Assembly (NCBI GenBank): GCA_043719295.1
Contig: JAYSUD010000012.1
Span: 26,790-90,789 of the forward strand
Length of the DNA stretch: 64,000 nt
Source: a bacterium
Lineage (GTDB): Bacteria; Patescibacteriota; Minisyncoccia; Phycocordibacterales; UBA918
Direction of reading: 5' to 3'
A program made the translations under genes and the position numbers. The notes below the pieces were generated by a model. It made no database searches and was not told where the DNA came from. It was given only the letters and a program-made list of their open reading frames with translations. Numbering within the stretch: position 1 is the first letter of the stretch; every line of letters starts with the position of its first letter. Shown piece by piece: positions 38,240 to 47,634 of this stretch.

Positions 38240-38419
38240 AACGTTCGAGAGTTTGCTGTGTCGATATAAACTGAGTTAACAGAGCGTTCGGGACGTCCAG
38301 CAGTTTTTGTTGAACATAATGTTGCACACGGCTAGCGCCGAGGTGCAACATTATGTTCTTGGTCAGCAGCAGAAACTGGGAACGAAATTCGCCATTGTCG
38401 CTACGCTCTGTGGCTCATT
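38240..38419 (-). ncRNA. Structured intergenic element copy E2 (directly abuts the TGA stop of nrdB)
   Basis: Outer arms are the same as E1 (ACGTCCAGCAGTTT...GAAACTGGGAACG). The inner 16-bp perfect stem GAACATAATGTTGCAC/GTGCAACATTATGTTC surrounds loop ACGGCTAGCGCCGAG. It ends ...GTCGCTACGCTCTGTGGCTCATT-TCA(stop). It has a 38-nt partial duplication at its 5' side. Confidence 0.45.
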
Positions 38420-39427
38420 TCACCACTCAAGTGACCCTCCAGTCTTATACTCCGTCACTTTTGTTTCGAAGAAGTTTTTTTCTTTTGGCATATCGATTAC
38501 TTCGGCCATCCATGGGAATGGGGATGCGGTGTTGTATTGCAATGGCAATCCAAGTCGTTCAAAACGACGATCTGCGATGTACTCAATGTACTCTTTTACA
38601 CTCTTTGGATTAAGACCTAAGATTCCCTTTGGCATTGCGTCATCAACGTATGTTTGTTCAAGTACCACAGCCTGCATAATCTTGGCAGTAATGTCAGCTT
38701 TGAATTCTTCAGACCAAATTTCAGGATTCTCTGCTTTGATTGTATTAATGAGGTCAATTCCAAACGCCAAGTGAATGGATTCATCTCGCAAGATGTACTG
38801 GAACTGGTCTGAGATACCTGGCATTTTGTTTTGACGCTTAAGTGACAGCATCATTGCAAAACCAGCATAGAAGAAGATTCCTTCCATGATGACATAGAAT
38901 CCAATGAGATCGTGGACAAACTTCTGAATATTTTCTGCAGAGTCAGTCTTGAAATTTGGATCAAATACTGACTTCGTGAAATCAACTACAAAATCGTCTT
39001 TTGCTTTAATTGATGGAATAGTCTCATACATGTTGTATATCTCATCTGGGTCAAGACCAAGTGAATCACAACAATAAATGAACGTATCTGTATGGATTGC
39101 TTCTTCGTATGCTTGTCGCAATAAAAACTGTCGTGATTCTGGGTTGGTTACATGACTGTATACTGCAAGCACTAAGTTGTTTGCCGTGAGTGATTCTGCA
39201 GTTGAGAAGAATCCCAAGTTCCACAAAATCATTCGTCGTTCGTCTTCTGAGAGTCCATCAGGACCTTGTTTCTTCCAGAGTTCGATATCAAGTTGCATTG
39301 AAATCTCATCGGGAGTCCAGTTGTTTGCAACTCCTGCTTTATAGTGTTCACGTGCCCACTTGTACTTCATGGGAAGTATTTTGTTCGGGTCGGTTGATGA
39401 ATTATTGATGATTCCTTTTTTTTCCAT
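38420..39427 (-). CDS. nrdB: Ribonucleotide reductase class Ia small subunit (R2)
   Basis: EEAIHTD...ESIHLAFG iron ligands and the overall R2 pattern. 335 aa. Confidence 0.9.
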   Translation of the reverse strand: MEKKGIINNSSTDPNKILPMKYKWAREHYKAGVANNWTPDEISMQLDIELWKKQGPDGLSEDERRMILWNLGFFSTAESLTANNLVLAVYSHVTNPESRQFLLRQAYEEAIHTDTFIYCCDSLGLDPDEIYNMYETIPSIKAKDDFVVDFTKSVFDPNFKTDSAENIQKFVHDLIGFYVIMEGIFFYAGFAMMLSLKRQNKMPGISDQFQYILRDESIHLAFGIDLINTIKAENPEIWSEEFKADITAKIMQAVVLEQTYVDDAMPKGILGLNPKSVKEYIEYIADRRFERLGLPLQYNTASPFPWMAEVIDMPKEKNFFETKVTEYKTGGSLEW

Positions 39428-39842
39428 GGTAATACTTTAATTTAGTGATTTTGCTAATTATACGTTGAATAGTTTTATAATCCAGTGGTCAAAAAACACA
39501 CGCGCGAGATATCACAAGCGTGTATGTTAATTGAATTGTCACTGCTGCATAGGCACCGCACAAAGCGGGTAAGGGGCGTCGTGCGGGGACTGCATATCGC
39601 GTTACACAATCCCGGCACGGCGCCTCTTCTCTATGACTTACAGTATACCCCACCCTTCTCTTTGTTCACATCTTTCCCCTGTAGATTGCTCGTCGTCATC
39701 GTTGTTTCTACCCAACAGGGAGGGGCTTTCAGAAACGAGTAAGATTCGCGAAGCACAAGGAATTTTTTGCGAGCCCTACATGGCGTAGGGTGAGTAAAAA
39801 ATTCTGCAGTGCGACAAAGAAGCTTGCCGTTTATGGAAGTCC

Positions 39843-42725
39843 CTATTGGCAGGCTTCGCAGGTGGCATCCTCAGCCACATGCAACCTAATCTCTCCTTTA
39901 AACGTTGGCTTTTTTTCTATACTTACCTTAGCTGCGTCTAATTCTGCATGCTGAATTGGTGAGACTGTTGCAAGTGGAGATAAAATTGGTTCTGCTGTAG
40001 GTACAACAACTTCAGGAGCTATCACATCAACTGGTCCTTCGCCATTTCCTTCTTGCTTCTTTCGAATCTGAGTTCCCGCTGCATTAATTGATGATTTTTC
40101 AACCTGTGATGCACCAAGTGACCGGAGGTAATAGGTTGTTTTTACTCCCATCTCCCATGCGTATATATAGAGGTCACTTACCTCTTTTCCTGATGTACCA
40201 GAATAGAAAATGTTCAATGACTGCGCTTGGTCAATCCACTTCCCTCGTTGAGCTGCAGCTTTAACAAGCCACTTCATATCAATCTCAAACGTCTCTTTGT
40301 ATTTGTCTTTCAAATCTTGCGGTACATTGTCAAGATACTGAATTGACCCATCGTTGTACTTAATAGCATCAAGCATCTCTTTGCTCCATAGCCCTAGTTT
40401 TTTTAAGTCAGCCACAAGAGCGTTGTTAACAATAATGAAGTCTCCTGAAATATTACTTTTTACATAAATATTTTTGTAGATTGGTTCAATACCTGGAATA
40501 GAACCTGCAATATTTGAGATTGTTGCCGTTGGCGCAATTGCCATACAGTTACTATTTCGCATACCATACTTCGCGATTGATTCTCGAACGGGTGCCCAAT
40601 TGAGACTTTCAGTTGCATCAACACCTGTACTTAAGCCTCTGTTTTCTTCAAGGATTTTAATCGTATCTACCGGCAAGATTCCTCTGTCCCACTTACTACC
40701 TGCAAAACTTTCATAAGCTCCTCGCTCTCGTGCTAACTCACTTGAAGCAGCTATTGCAGCATGTGACACCACTTCCATTGAAGTATCGGCAAATGCAACA
40801 CATCGGTCTGATGCGAATGGAATACCAAGCTCATATAACGCATCTTGGAATCCCATCACCCCAAGTCCAACCGGTCGATGCTTCATGTTTGAATGCTGTG
40901 CTTCTTTTGTAGGATAGAAGTTAAGGTCAATCACGTTATCAAGCATTCGCATTGCAGTAGTTACTGTTGCAGTTACTTTAGCTCCGTCAAACTCGCCCTT
41001 AGTTATGTGTTCTGCAAAGTTTACTGATCCCAGGTTACAAACCGCTGTCTCTGTAGCAGACGTATTAAGTGTGATTTCAGTACAAAGGTTTGAGTTGTGA
41101 ACAACCCCTGCATGGTCTTGCGGCGAACGAAGGTTTGACGGATCTTTAAACGTAACCCATGGATGCCCTGTTTCGAAAAGCGAACTAATGTGTTTCTTCC
41201 ACAGGTCACGAGCCTTCATTTTCTTAAAGAGATGAATCTCTCCATTGTCCGCCATTTTTTCATACTTAATGTATAGCGTTTCAAATTCTTTTCCGTATGT
41301 CTCCGTTAAGTCGACAGCTTCATCAGGCGACAAGAGTGTCCAGTCTCCATCTTCTTTTACTCGCTTCATAAAGAGGTCTGATACCCATGAGGCAGTGTTC
41401 ATGTCGTGAGCTCTGCGTCGTTCGTCTCCCGTATTTTTCTTAAGCTCCATGAAATCCAAAAAGTCATAGTGCCAGTTCTCCATATACACACACGTCGCAC
41501 CACGCCGACGTCCTGAACGGTTAATAGCAACCGTTACATCATTTGCAATTTTTAAGAACGGGATAGTTCCTTGTGAGGTAATCCCTGCAGTTTTAATTAA
41601 CGCACCCGTTGCACGAAGCTTTGTCCATGCGGTACCAATTCCTCCCGCCCACTTTGAAAGTTGGGCATTGTCTCCAAATACTTTAAAGATATGATTGAGG
41701 TCATCTTCTACCACATTGAGGTAACAAGAAGAGAGCTGCGGATGGGGTGTTCCTGCATGGAACAAGGTTGGTGTTGAAGGTACAAACCGTAGCGTTGACA
41801 TCACTTCATAAAACTCTATTGCCTTTGCTTCTTTTTCTTTTTCTCCAAGTGCAAGACCCATCGCAACGCGCATCCACATGAACTGTGGTGTCTCAAGGAT
41901 ATGACCATCTGAGGCGCGAATAAAATATCGGTCATTAAGTGTTTCAACACCAAGATAACGGAACAAATCGTCTCGTTCTGGCATAATTGCATCGGCAATT
42001 TTCTTGAAGTCAAACTCAAGCATGTTTGAAGCCAACTTTTTATCAGCTACTGCGATAGTGATGTTGCGAGAAAATGCATCACGGTACTTCTGTACAAAAT
42101 CGGCATTAGTAATTGCAATATCATCTGCAATTGCTTCTTCATACAGGCGTGCACAGAGTTGTCGCGCTGCAATTTGTGAGTACGCAGGATCAAGTTCAAT
42201 TTTCGCACGCAACACTAACGTTACAAGTTTAGAAAGTTCTTTGGTTGAAATACCATCGTACACTTCTCTTTCTAGTTGCGTAATGATGCTATCAAGATCA
42301 ATTTCTGCTTCAATTCCCTTTGTAAATTGTGCTATGTATGCACGCATTGATTCACGAGAAAACTGTTCTTCACCCTGCCCTGTTGTAATCATCAACCTGT
42401 TTTCTTCGATAGCTTCAATGACTTCGTCCTTTCGAACTTCCGTCTGCATGAACCGGTACAAAATGTAGTGTTTTGCAACCACAAAGTACCCTCGCTCCAT
42501 AAGGGTCTGTTCTACCAAGTCCTGAACATGCTCAACAGTTGGTATTTCTTCTTTTCCTTCAAACAACGCTTGTAGTTTTGTAACTACACGATCTGCCATC
42601 TGACGGAGTGTTCCATCATCTACAGGTGTGTTTTCTGCAGCAAATGCTTTGCGCATTGCAATAACAATTTTTTCTGAGTTAAAAGGAACTTTTTCCCCAT
42701 TTCTTTTTGTGACTTCGGTAAACAT
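39843..42725 (-). CDS. nrdA: Ribonucleotide reductase class Ia large subunit with N-terminal ATP-cone
   Basis: ATP-cone (VTKRNGEKVPFNSEKIV), NLCTEITL active-site loop, and a C-terminal CEACQ Cys pair. 960 aa, longer than E. coli NrdA. Confidence 0.95.
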   Translation of the reverse strand: MFTEVTKRNGEKVPFNSEKIVIAMRKAFAAENTPVDDGTLRQMADRVVTKLQALFEGKEEIPTVEHVQDLVEQTLMERGYFVVAKHYILYRFMQTEVRKDEVIEAIEENRLMITTGQGEEQFSRESMRAYIAQFTKGIEAEIDLDSIITQLEREVYDGISTKELSKLVTLVLRAKIELDPAYSQIAARQLCARLYEEAIADDIAITNADFVQKYRDAFSRNITIAVADKKLASNMLEFDFKKIADAIMPERDDLFRYLGVETLNDRYFIRASDGHILETPQFMWMRVAMGLALGEKEKEAKAIEFYEVMSTLRFVPSTPTLFHAGTPHPQLSSCYLNVVEDDLNHIFKVFGDNAQLSKWAGGIGTAWTKLRATGALIKTAGITSQGTIPFLKIANDVTVAINRSGRRRGATCVYMENWHYDFLDFMELKKNTGDERRRAHDMNTASWVSDLFMKRVKEDGDWTLLSPDEAVDLTETYGKEFETLYIKYEKMADNGEIHLFKKMKARDLWKKHISSLFETGHPWVTFKDPSNLRSPQDHAGVVHNSNLCTEITLNTSATETAVCNLGSVNFAEHITKGEFDGAKVTATVTTAMRMLDNVIDLNFYPTKEAQHSNMKHRPVGLGVMGFQDALYELGIPFASDRCVAFADTSMEVVSHAAIAASSELARERGAYESFAGSKWDRGILPVDTIKILEENRGLSTGVDATESLNWAPVRESIAKYGMRNSNCMAIAPTATISNIAGSIPGIEPIYKNIYVKSNISGDFIIVNNALVADLKKLGLWSKEMLDAIKYNDGSIQYLDNVPQDLKDKYKETFEIDMKWLVKAAAQRGKWIDQAQSLNIFYSGTSGKEVSDLYIYAWEMGVKTTYYLRSLGASQVEKSSINAAGTQIRKKQEGNGEGPVDVIAPEVVVPTAEPILSPLATVSPIQHAELDAAKVSIEKKPTFKGEIRLHVAEDATCEACQ

Positions 42726-43247
42726 GATGAATTGGTGAGGGTTAGTAAAGTGCTTCTGGGGTTATACAGAAGCTGTATGGGTGATCTCTCACAAAAATAA
42801 TTGGTGGTGTTGTATAACGTGCACATTTGGAGATGTATGCACGCCCAATTATTTTTAAGAAAGATCCATTTTTAGAGAGTTAAAGACAACCCCATGTGGC
42901 TATACATGGTGTGTGCAAGCGTGTGACTTGCATAGTTGCGTGTCGTACCTCTCTTTTGACACACTCGGTTTGGAGACCCGAAGTGGTTACCTATGATAAT
43001 AAGTCACTCGTAAACAATTGCCAAATATGCCTACAAACATATGTATTGTGTATAAAAAAATATACTCAAAAAATTATCTGTTGCAAAATATACACGCTTT
43101 GGCGAAGCAATTTAGTTTTGAGATTGAAGCCCTTGTGGATAACAATTAAAGTCTGTATTGCGCAAGTAGAAGTGTGTGTGTTGTGATATTTTTTGACATT
43201 AAAAAGTGGAGCAAATGCTCCACTTTTTACTTCATCTTGTATCTCTT

Positions 43248-43634
43248 TTATCTATTTCGCAATGAATCACGAATTTCTCGCAACAAGAGCACATCTTCTG
43301 GAGTTGGTTTAGGTACTTCAGGTTTTAGATCTTCTTTTGGACCCTTCATGTGGTTAATACCTTTTACCACTAAGAAAATAACAAACGCTACAATCGCAAA
43401 ATCAACCATACTTTGAATAAAGACACCGTATCCAATGGTTGCCTCTCCAATTTTGAAGCCCATAGTACTAAAGTTGATACCTCCAAGTAAAATTCCGATA
43501 GCGGGCATAATCACACTATCTACAAGTGAGGAAACAATCTTCCCAAACGCGGTACCAATAACTACCGCTACTGCTAAATCAACTACGTTTCCCTTAATTG
43601 CAAAAGCCTTAAATTCTTCAACAGTCTTGTTCAT
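43248..43634 (-). CDS. mscL: Large-conductance mechanosensitive channel
   Basis: FKAFAIKGNVVDLAVAVVIGTAFGKIVSSLVDSVIMP is the canonical MscL TM1. Confidence 0.9.
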   Translation of the reverse strand: MNKTVEEFKAFAIKGNVVDLAVAVVIGTAFGKIVSSLVDSVIMPAIGILLGGINFSTMGFKIGEATIGYGVFIQSMVDFAIVAFVIFLVVKGINHMKGPKEDLKPEVPKPTPEDVLLLREIRDSLRNR

Positions 43635-43689
43635 ACAAATTAATTACCGTCATATTAAACTAATAGTACCTCTAGTATACCCTTTATTA

Positions 43690-44862
43690 TTACGGGTGGG
43701 TGTGCCCATGGTCGTGCACGTGTATATCTTTCTTACCCACACCATGCTTCCCAAAGTACCAAGCTGCAACCAAGGTTGTTAACGGTACCGCTAAAATGAG
43801 GCCAATGCTACCGACAATAATACGTACAAGCTCTGAGGCAACCACCTCTTGGTTGAGGGTTAATCCAATTCCTGCATCTGCATTCGCAAACAAAAGTACC
43901 AATGGCAACGACACTCCCACATACGCAAGCGCAAGTGTATTCACGAGTGATCCAATATGGTCTTTCCCAACAATAATCGCCCGTTTATAGAGTTCTAAAC
44001 GACCAAACGAAGTGTTTGCGTGTTTAAGTTGTTGCACTACCGAAACTTGTGTAATGGACACATCATCGAGTATTCCTAAGATACCAATAATAATACTCCC
44101 AAGGAGTAACCCGGCAAAATCAAGGGTGCCACGTGTTGCAAAGTTAAGTGATACCGAAGCATCACTTCCAAAACCAGTTAATCGCATTGAAGACACGCAA
44201 AGCCACGCAATTATGCATGTGACTAAGACAGCTCCAAACGTCCCACAAAACGCAATTGCGGAGCGGGCATTCCATCCGTGGGTGAGAAAAAGTACAAAGC
44301 CTAAAATTAATGCAGAGACACCCAAACTTACCAAGACAGGATCGTACCCCTTAAGCATCAGTGGTACCAATATAAAAATAATAGCTCCAACACTTAATCC
44401 AAGTGATACTAGCGCCCGCGCGCCGTGCCATCCTGAAAACAGAAGTAGCAATACAACAAAAAAACCTACCAGTAATAACAACTGCGTATGGCGCTTAAAG
44501 TCTTTAAATACAAAATATTCAGTATCATCAATCAAGACGACGTGATTAAGGTAAATACTATCCCCTGCCTTAAGGAGCACCATTTCGTTCTCAAACATCA
44601 CCACTTTACCAACAGTTTTTCCTGAAGTAAGGGTTGCCTTAATCTGTTGTACGGTAGCAAATGTGTCAGTCCCCACAATCTCACGTTCTTCTACACTCAT
44701 GACCTCTGTTACCTCTGCAGTAACAATTTCTTTAAGGTCTTGATACACCTCTTGAGCGTTTGCTACACCAAAACTACCGCAAAAAACAAAAGCTAGTACT
44801 AGTAGTCCATAATATTTCATCACAACAGTATAAAGGCTATGTACACTTTGTACATGTACCAT
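43690..44862 (-). CDS. YibE/F-family integral membrane protein
   Basis: N-terminal signal/anchor, a soluble domain, then multiple TM helices with the Gly-rich pattern typical of YibE/F. The likely start is the internal Met (MKYYGLLVLAF). Confidence 0.65.
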   Translation of the reverse strand: MVHVQSVHSLYTVVMKYYGLLVLAFVFCGSFGVANAQEVYQDLKEIVTAEVTEVMSVEEREIVGTDTFATVQQIKATLTSGKTVGKVVMFENEMVLLKAGDSIYLNHVVLIDDTEYFVFKDFKRHTQLLLLVGFFVVLLLLFSGWHGARALVSLGLSVGAIIFILVPLMLKGYDPVLVSLGVSALILGFVLFLTHGWNARSAIAFCGTFGAVLVTCIIAWLCVSSMRLTGFGSDASVSLNFATRGTLDFAGLLLGSIIIGILGILDDVSITQVSVVQQLKHANTSFGRLELYKRAIIVGKDHIGSLVNTLALAYVGVSLPLVLLFANADAGIGLTLNQEVVASELVRIIVGSIGLILAVPLTTLVAAWYFGKHGVGKKDIHVHDHGHTHP

Positions 44863-45235
44863 AATAGGTCAACTCATGGGAATTAATAGAAGTGAATCCT
44901 GGAACATGCACTTGTTTAGTTGGCTCAACATCACACGGCAAGTGCACCAAAAGATTGCAAGAAACACAGACTACATGATGATGGTGCCCATGCGAAATTT
45001 CATATCGAGAAGCTTCCCCTTGCGTTGTGACCTCTTCAATCAACTGTTCATTTTTAAGCATTGCGATAGTCCGGTACACACTCACTGTGTCAACAGTAAC
45101 TGCCTCAGTGATAGCTTGAATACTTAATGGTGCATGCGTCTTTGCGAGCGTCTCAAGAACTTCTATGCGCGCCTTTGTAATACGGTATCCACGTGTAGTT
45201 AATTCTTCAATAATTTTTTTGCTTGCGTCTTTCAT
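44837..45235 (-). CDS. zur: Fur-family metalloregulator (likely Zur)
   Basis: DNA-binding helix (LSIQAITEAV...DTVSVYRTIAMLKNEQLI) and metal-site HHHHVVCVSC...C. The ORF-track start at 45355 would overlap the divergent ZIP gene, so Met at 45235 (MKDASKK) is preferred. Confidence 0.8.
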   Translation of the reverse strand: MKDASKKIIEELTTRGYRITKARIEVLETLAKTHAPLSIQAITEAVTVDTVSVYRTIAMLKNEQLIEEVTTQGEASRYEISHGHHHHVVCVSCNLLVHLPCDVEPTKQVHVPGFTSINSHELTYYGTCTKCT

Positions 45236-45249
45236 AAGCACATGATACC

Positions 45250-45272
45250 TTATTGCAACAAGTTTGCAATAA
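45250..45272. promoter_or_regulatory. Palindromic operator TTATTGCAA-n5-TTGCAATAA between divergent zur and ZIP-transporter genes (candidate Zur box)
   Basis: 9-bp inverted repeat seen directly, 22 bp upstream of the ZIP ATG. Confidence 0.5.
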
Positions 45273-45293
45273 TAAATAATCAACAATATCAAT

Positions 45294-46100
45294 ATGTTTG
45301 AAGCAAGTATCGCCGCAGCCCTCATCGCCCTTCTCTCTTTTTCAGGAGTTCTCATCTTCGGGAAAAAAGGTCACCTCCATGGAGCACACGGCTTTATTGT
45401 TCCAGTAGCTATTGGTGTGTTTCTTGGAGTTGTATTCTTCGAGCTTATTCCTGAAACACTTGAGGGATCAGAGTTTTATGGAGCAATTGCAATCGCAATT
45501 GGATTTTTAAGTTTTTATGCACTCTCCCACTACCTCCGCACGTACCACTATCACCACGAAGATGAAGACAAAGACGATGCTTGTCAAAATAAAAAAGGAG
45601 CATCAATGCTTTTAATTGGGGATGCCATACACAACATTGCGGATGGTGTTGTCATCGCATCTGCATTTTTACTTAATCCGGTAGTTGGAATTGCAACAAC
45701 AGTCGGAATTGCGCTTCACGAAATTCCCCAAGAAATTGCTGAGTATGGGGTACTTATAAAAGCTGGCTATACAAAACAAAAAGCACTGTTTTACAATTTC
45801 CTTTCTGCATCATCGATATTCATTGGAGTCTTACTAAGCGCACTTTTCATAAGTCTCGGTAATTTTATTTGGATACTTACGGGACTTGCAGCAGGAAACC
45901 TTCTCTATATTGCTGCTTCAGACATGATTCCAGAACTCAATCATCATAACCACGGTGACCACTTTATGAAGACGTTCCTGTCGACTGTTTTTGGATTGGT
46001 ACTTATTGTCTCATTACTCACCTGGTCACATGAGCGTTTTGGTCTTCATGGAGAAGAAACATACCACGACGAAGCTGAAGCTACAGCTACAGGAGTATAG
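45294..46100 (+). CDS. zupT: ZIP-family zinc transporter
   Basis: HEIPQEIAEYGVLIKAGYTKQKAL and HxxxDG motifs, plus a His-rich cytoplasmic loop (YHYHHEDEDKDD). Confidence 0.85.
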   Translation: MFEASIAAALIALLSFSGVLIFGKKGHLHGAHGFIVPVAIGVFLGVVFFELIPETLEGSEFYGAIAIAIGFLSFYALSHYLRTYHYHHEDEDKDDACQNKKGASMLLIGDAIHNIADGVVIASAFLLNPVVGIATTVGIALHEIPQEIAEYGVLIKAGYTKQKALFYNFLSASSIFIGVLLSALFISLGNFIWILTGLAAGNLLYIAASDMIPELNHHNHGDHFMKTFLSTVFGLVLIVSLLTWSHERFGLHGEETYHDEAEATATGV

Positions 46101-46453
46101 ATGATTTCTATAGGATCTACGCAAATGAGTGCAATTCGAGGCACACAAACAAAATAGTGCGAAGCGTACATTGAGTACGGTGAGTATTATTTTGTGCAGT
46201 GTAACGAAGAAGTGTGCCGTTTTCGTAGATTCTATTCTAAAAAAGAAACCGAGCGAGCACGAATCCTAATCCTGCTCCCAGAAAAAAAATAAAGAATACA
46301 GCAACTTGAAGTGGTTCTTTTCCCATATCAGGTATAGTAATGGAAAACATGAGGAAAATACAGCAATGGAGCTGTACATAGAGCGTCTTTACTTGGTAAT
46401 GTACTCACATACCACAAAACTATCTGTCACCTTTTCTGGTATACTGTTTTGAT

Positions 46454-46947
46454 ATGGTCGAAGTTACTTGCAAACAGTGCTCAAAGTTATTTAATGCTAA
46501 ACCATCTTGGATTAAAAATGGGTATGGTAAATTTTGTTCTCGTGAGTGTGGCCATAAAGCAAATCGTACAGGTAAAGTAGTGACCTGTTTTATCTGCAGT
46601 AAGGAGGTTTATAAACAAGGTAAAGCCTTAAAAGGTTCTAAGAGTGGTAAATTTTTTGTTCAAAATCATGTCAGACAAAATGGAGAAATACTGAGTTTAT
46701 TGCAGAAAAACATGCTAATTGGAAAGGTGGTTTGCACGCATATCGAAGAATAAAAACGCAAAGTGGTGACATACAAATTTGTACCATATGCAAAATTACC
46801 GACAAGAGAGTGCTCGCTGTACACCACATCGATCAGAATAGAAAAAACAATACCATTGAAAATCTTGCCTGGTTGTGCCACAATTGCCACCACCTTGTCC
46901 ATCACTACAAAGAAGGGCAAGATTCACTTATGGCGGCTATGGTATAA
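46454..46947 (+). pseudogene. HNH endonuclease disrupted by a frameshift in a T6 homopolymer (46652-46657); 3' end overlaps tRNA-His
   Basis: Frame A (46454-46753) encodes FCSRECGHKANRTGK zinc-ribbon-like repeats. Frame B, from ~46651 to the TAA at 46945-46947, encodes FCSKSCQTKWRNTEFIAEKHANWKGG...AVHHIDQNRKNN...LCHNCHHLVH (HNH motif). The two frames join if the T6 run were T7. Confidence 0.6.
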
Positions 46948-47004
46948 TGGCTATTACTGGAGCTTGTGGAGCTCTCAATCCGAGTTCAATCCTCGGTAGC
47001 CGCC
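46931..47004 (+). tRNA. tRNA-His (GTG) with encoded G-1 and C73
   Basis: Cloverleaf folds. Acceptor gGCGGCTA/TAGCCGCc, anticodon stem GGAGC/GCTCT with loop TTGTGGA, T-arm CCGAG-TTCAATC-CTCGG. Confidence 0.85.
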
Positions 47005-47008
47005 CACG

Positions 47009-47035
47009 AGAAAAAGTCCCTTCGGGGATTTTTTT
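47009..47035 (+). terminator. Intrinsic terminator after tRNA-His (AAAAAGTCCCTTCGGGGATTTTTTT)
   Basis: Seen directly. Confidence 0.7.
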
Positions 47036-47036
47036 G

Positions 47037-47196
47037 TGGGCGGTTAAGAAACTGCCCTACGGCAGTTTCGTCCGGGAATTGAAAGGCGGAGTCATGTCGC
47101 TTGCGACAGACGAGTCAGGGTCGTGAGCGATATTGAAACAAGGAGACTTGCGACTATGTTTCAAATCGACTCCTGACCAATTCCCGGTAGCCGCCC
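47037..47196 (+). ncRNA. ~160-nt structured element closed by an acceptor-like helix GGGCGG/CCGCCC and ending with a 13-nt copy of the tRNA-His 3' end (CGGTAGCCGCCCA); candidate small RNA or att-site scar
   Basis: Nested helices are seen directly: CCGGGAATTG(47071-80)/CAATTCCCGG(47177-86), AAACTGCC/GGCAGTTT, GGAGTC/GACTCC, TTGAAACA/TGTTTCAA. A T-rich run follows at 47197-47215. Confidence 0.3.
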
Positions 47197-47341
47197 AATT
47201 TTTTGAGATTTTTTTACAGCGCATTTTAGATCTCTTTTTTGTATCTATTGTACTCAGTTGAACCCTGTGCAATTTCTATAAATAACCAGTGACCGTGATC
47301 TTCCTGTCATACGCATAAAGCTATTTACAATACTTGTGTTG

Positions 47342-47359
47342 ATACCCCCCTAGGGGTAT
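47342..47359. promoter_or_regulatory. GC-rich inverted repeat ATACCCCCCTAGGGGTAT overlapping the -10 (TATAAT) of the csoR promoter; candidate CsoR operator
   Basis: Seen directly. It resembles known CsoR operators (TACCC-n-GGGTA type). Confidence 0.5.
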
Positions 47360-47370
47360 AATAATTAGCG

Positions 47371-47634
47371 ATGATACAAGATACAAAAAAAATAATTCGT
47401 CGATTAAAAATAATTGAGGGGCAGGTACGTGGTCTACAGACAATGGTTGAAAATAAAACTTACTGTATCGACGTAATCACCCAAACCTCTGCTATCAAAC
47501 AGGCGCTTTCTAATGTGGAAGACATTTTGCTTGAAGAGCACTTAAAAGGCTGTGTTGTTAACCAAATTAAAGCAGGTAAAACTACCAAAGCAACTGCAGA
47601 AATTTTGCAGGTTTACCAACTTAAACGAAAATAG
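47371..47634 (+). CDS. csoR: CsoR/RcnR-family metal-sensing repressor
   Basis: RLKIIEGQVRGLQTMVENKTYCIDVITQTSAIKQAL...EEHLKGCV shows the conserved C..H..C metal-ligand arrangement of DUF156. Confidence 0.8.
   Translation: MIQDTKKIIRRLKIIEGQVRGLQTMVENKTYCIDVITQTSAIKQALSNVEDILLEEHLKGCVVNQIKAGKTTKATAEILQVYQLKRK

Noticed and set aside
42004-42468. 154-aa plus-strand ORF inside nrdA, and the similar 44012-44545 ORF inside the YibE/F gene
   Set aside because: Antisense shadow ORFs in confidently assigned genes.
42726-43247. NrdR boxes upstream of nrdA
   Set aside because: Several short palindromes (ATACAGaagCTGTAT, ACAAACATATGT...) do not match the 16-bp NrdR box consensus well, and no nrdR gene is in the window.
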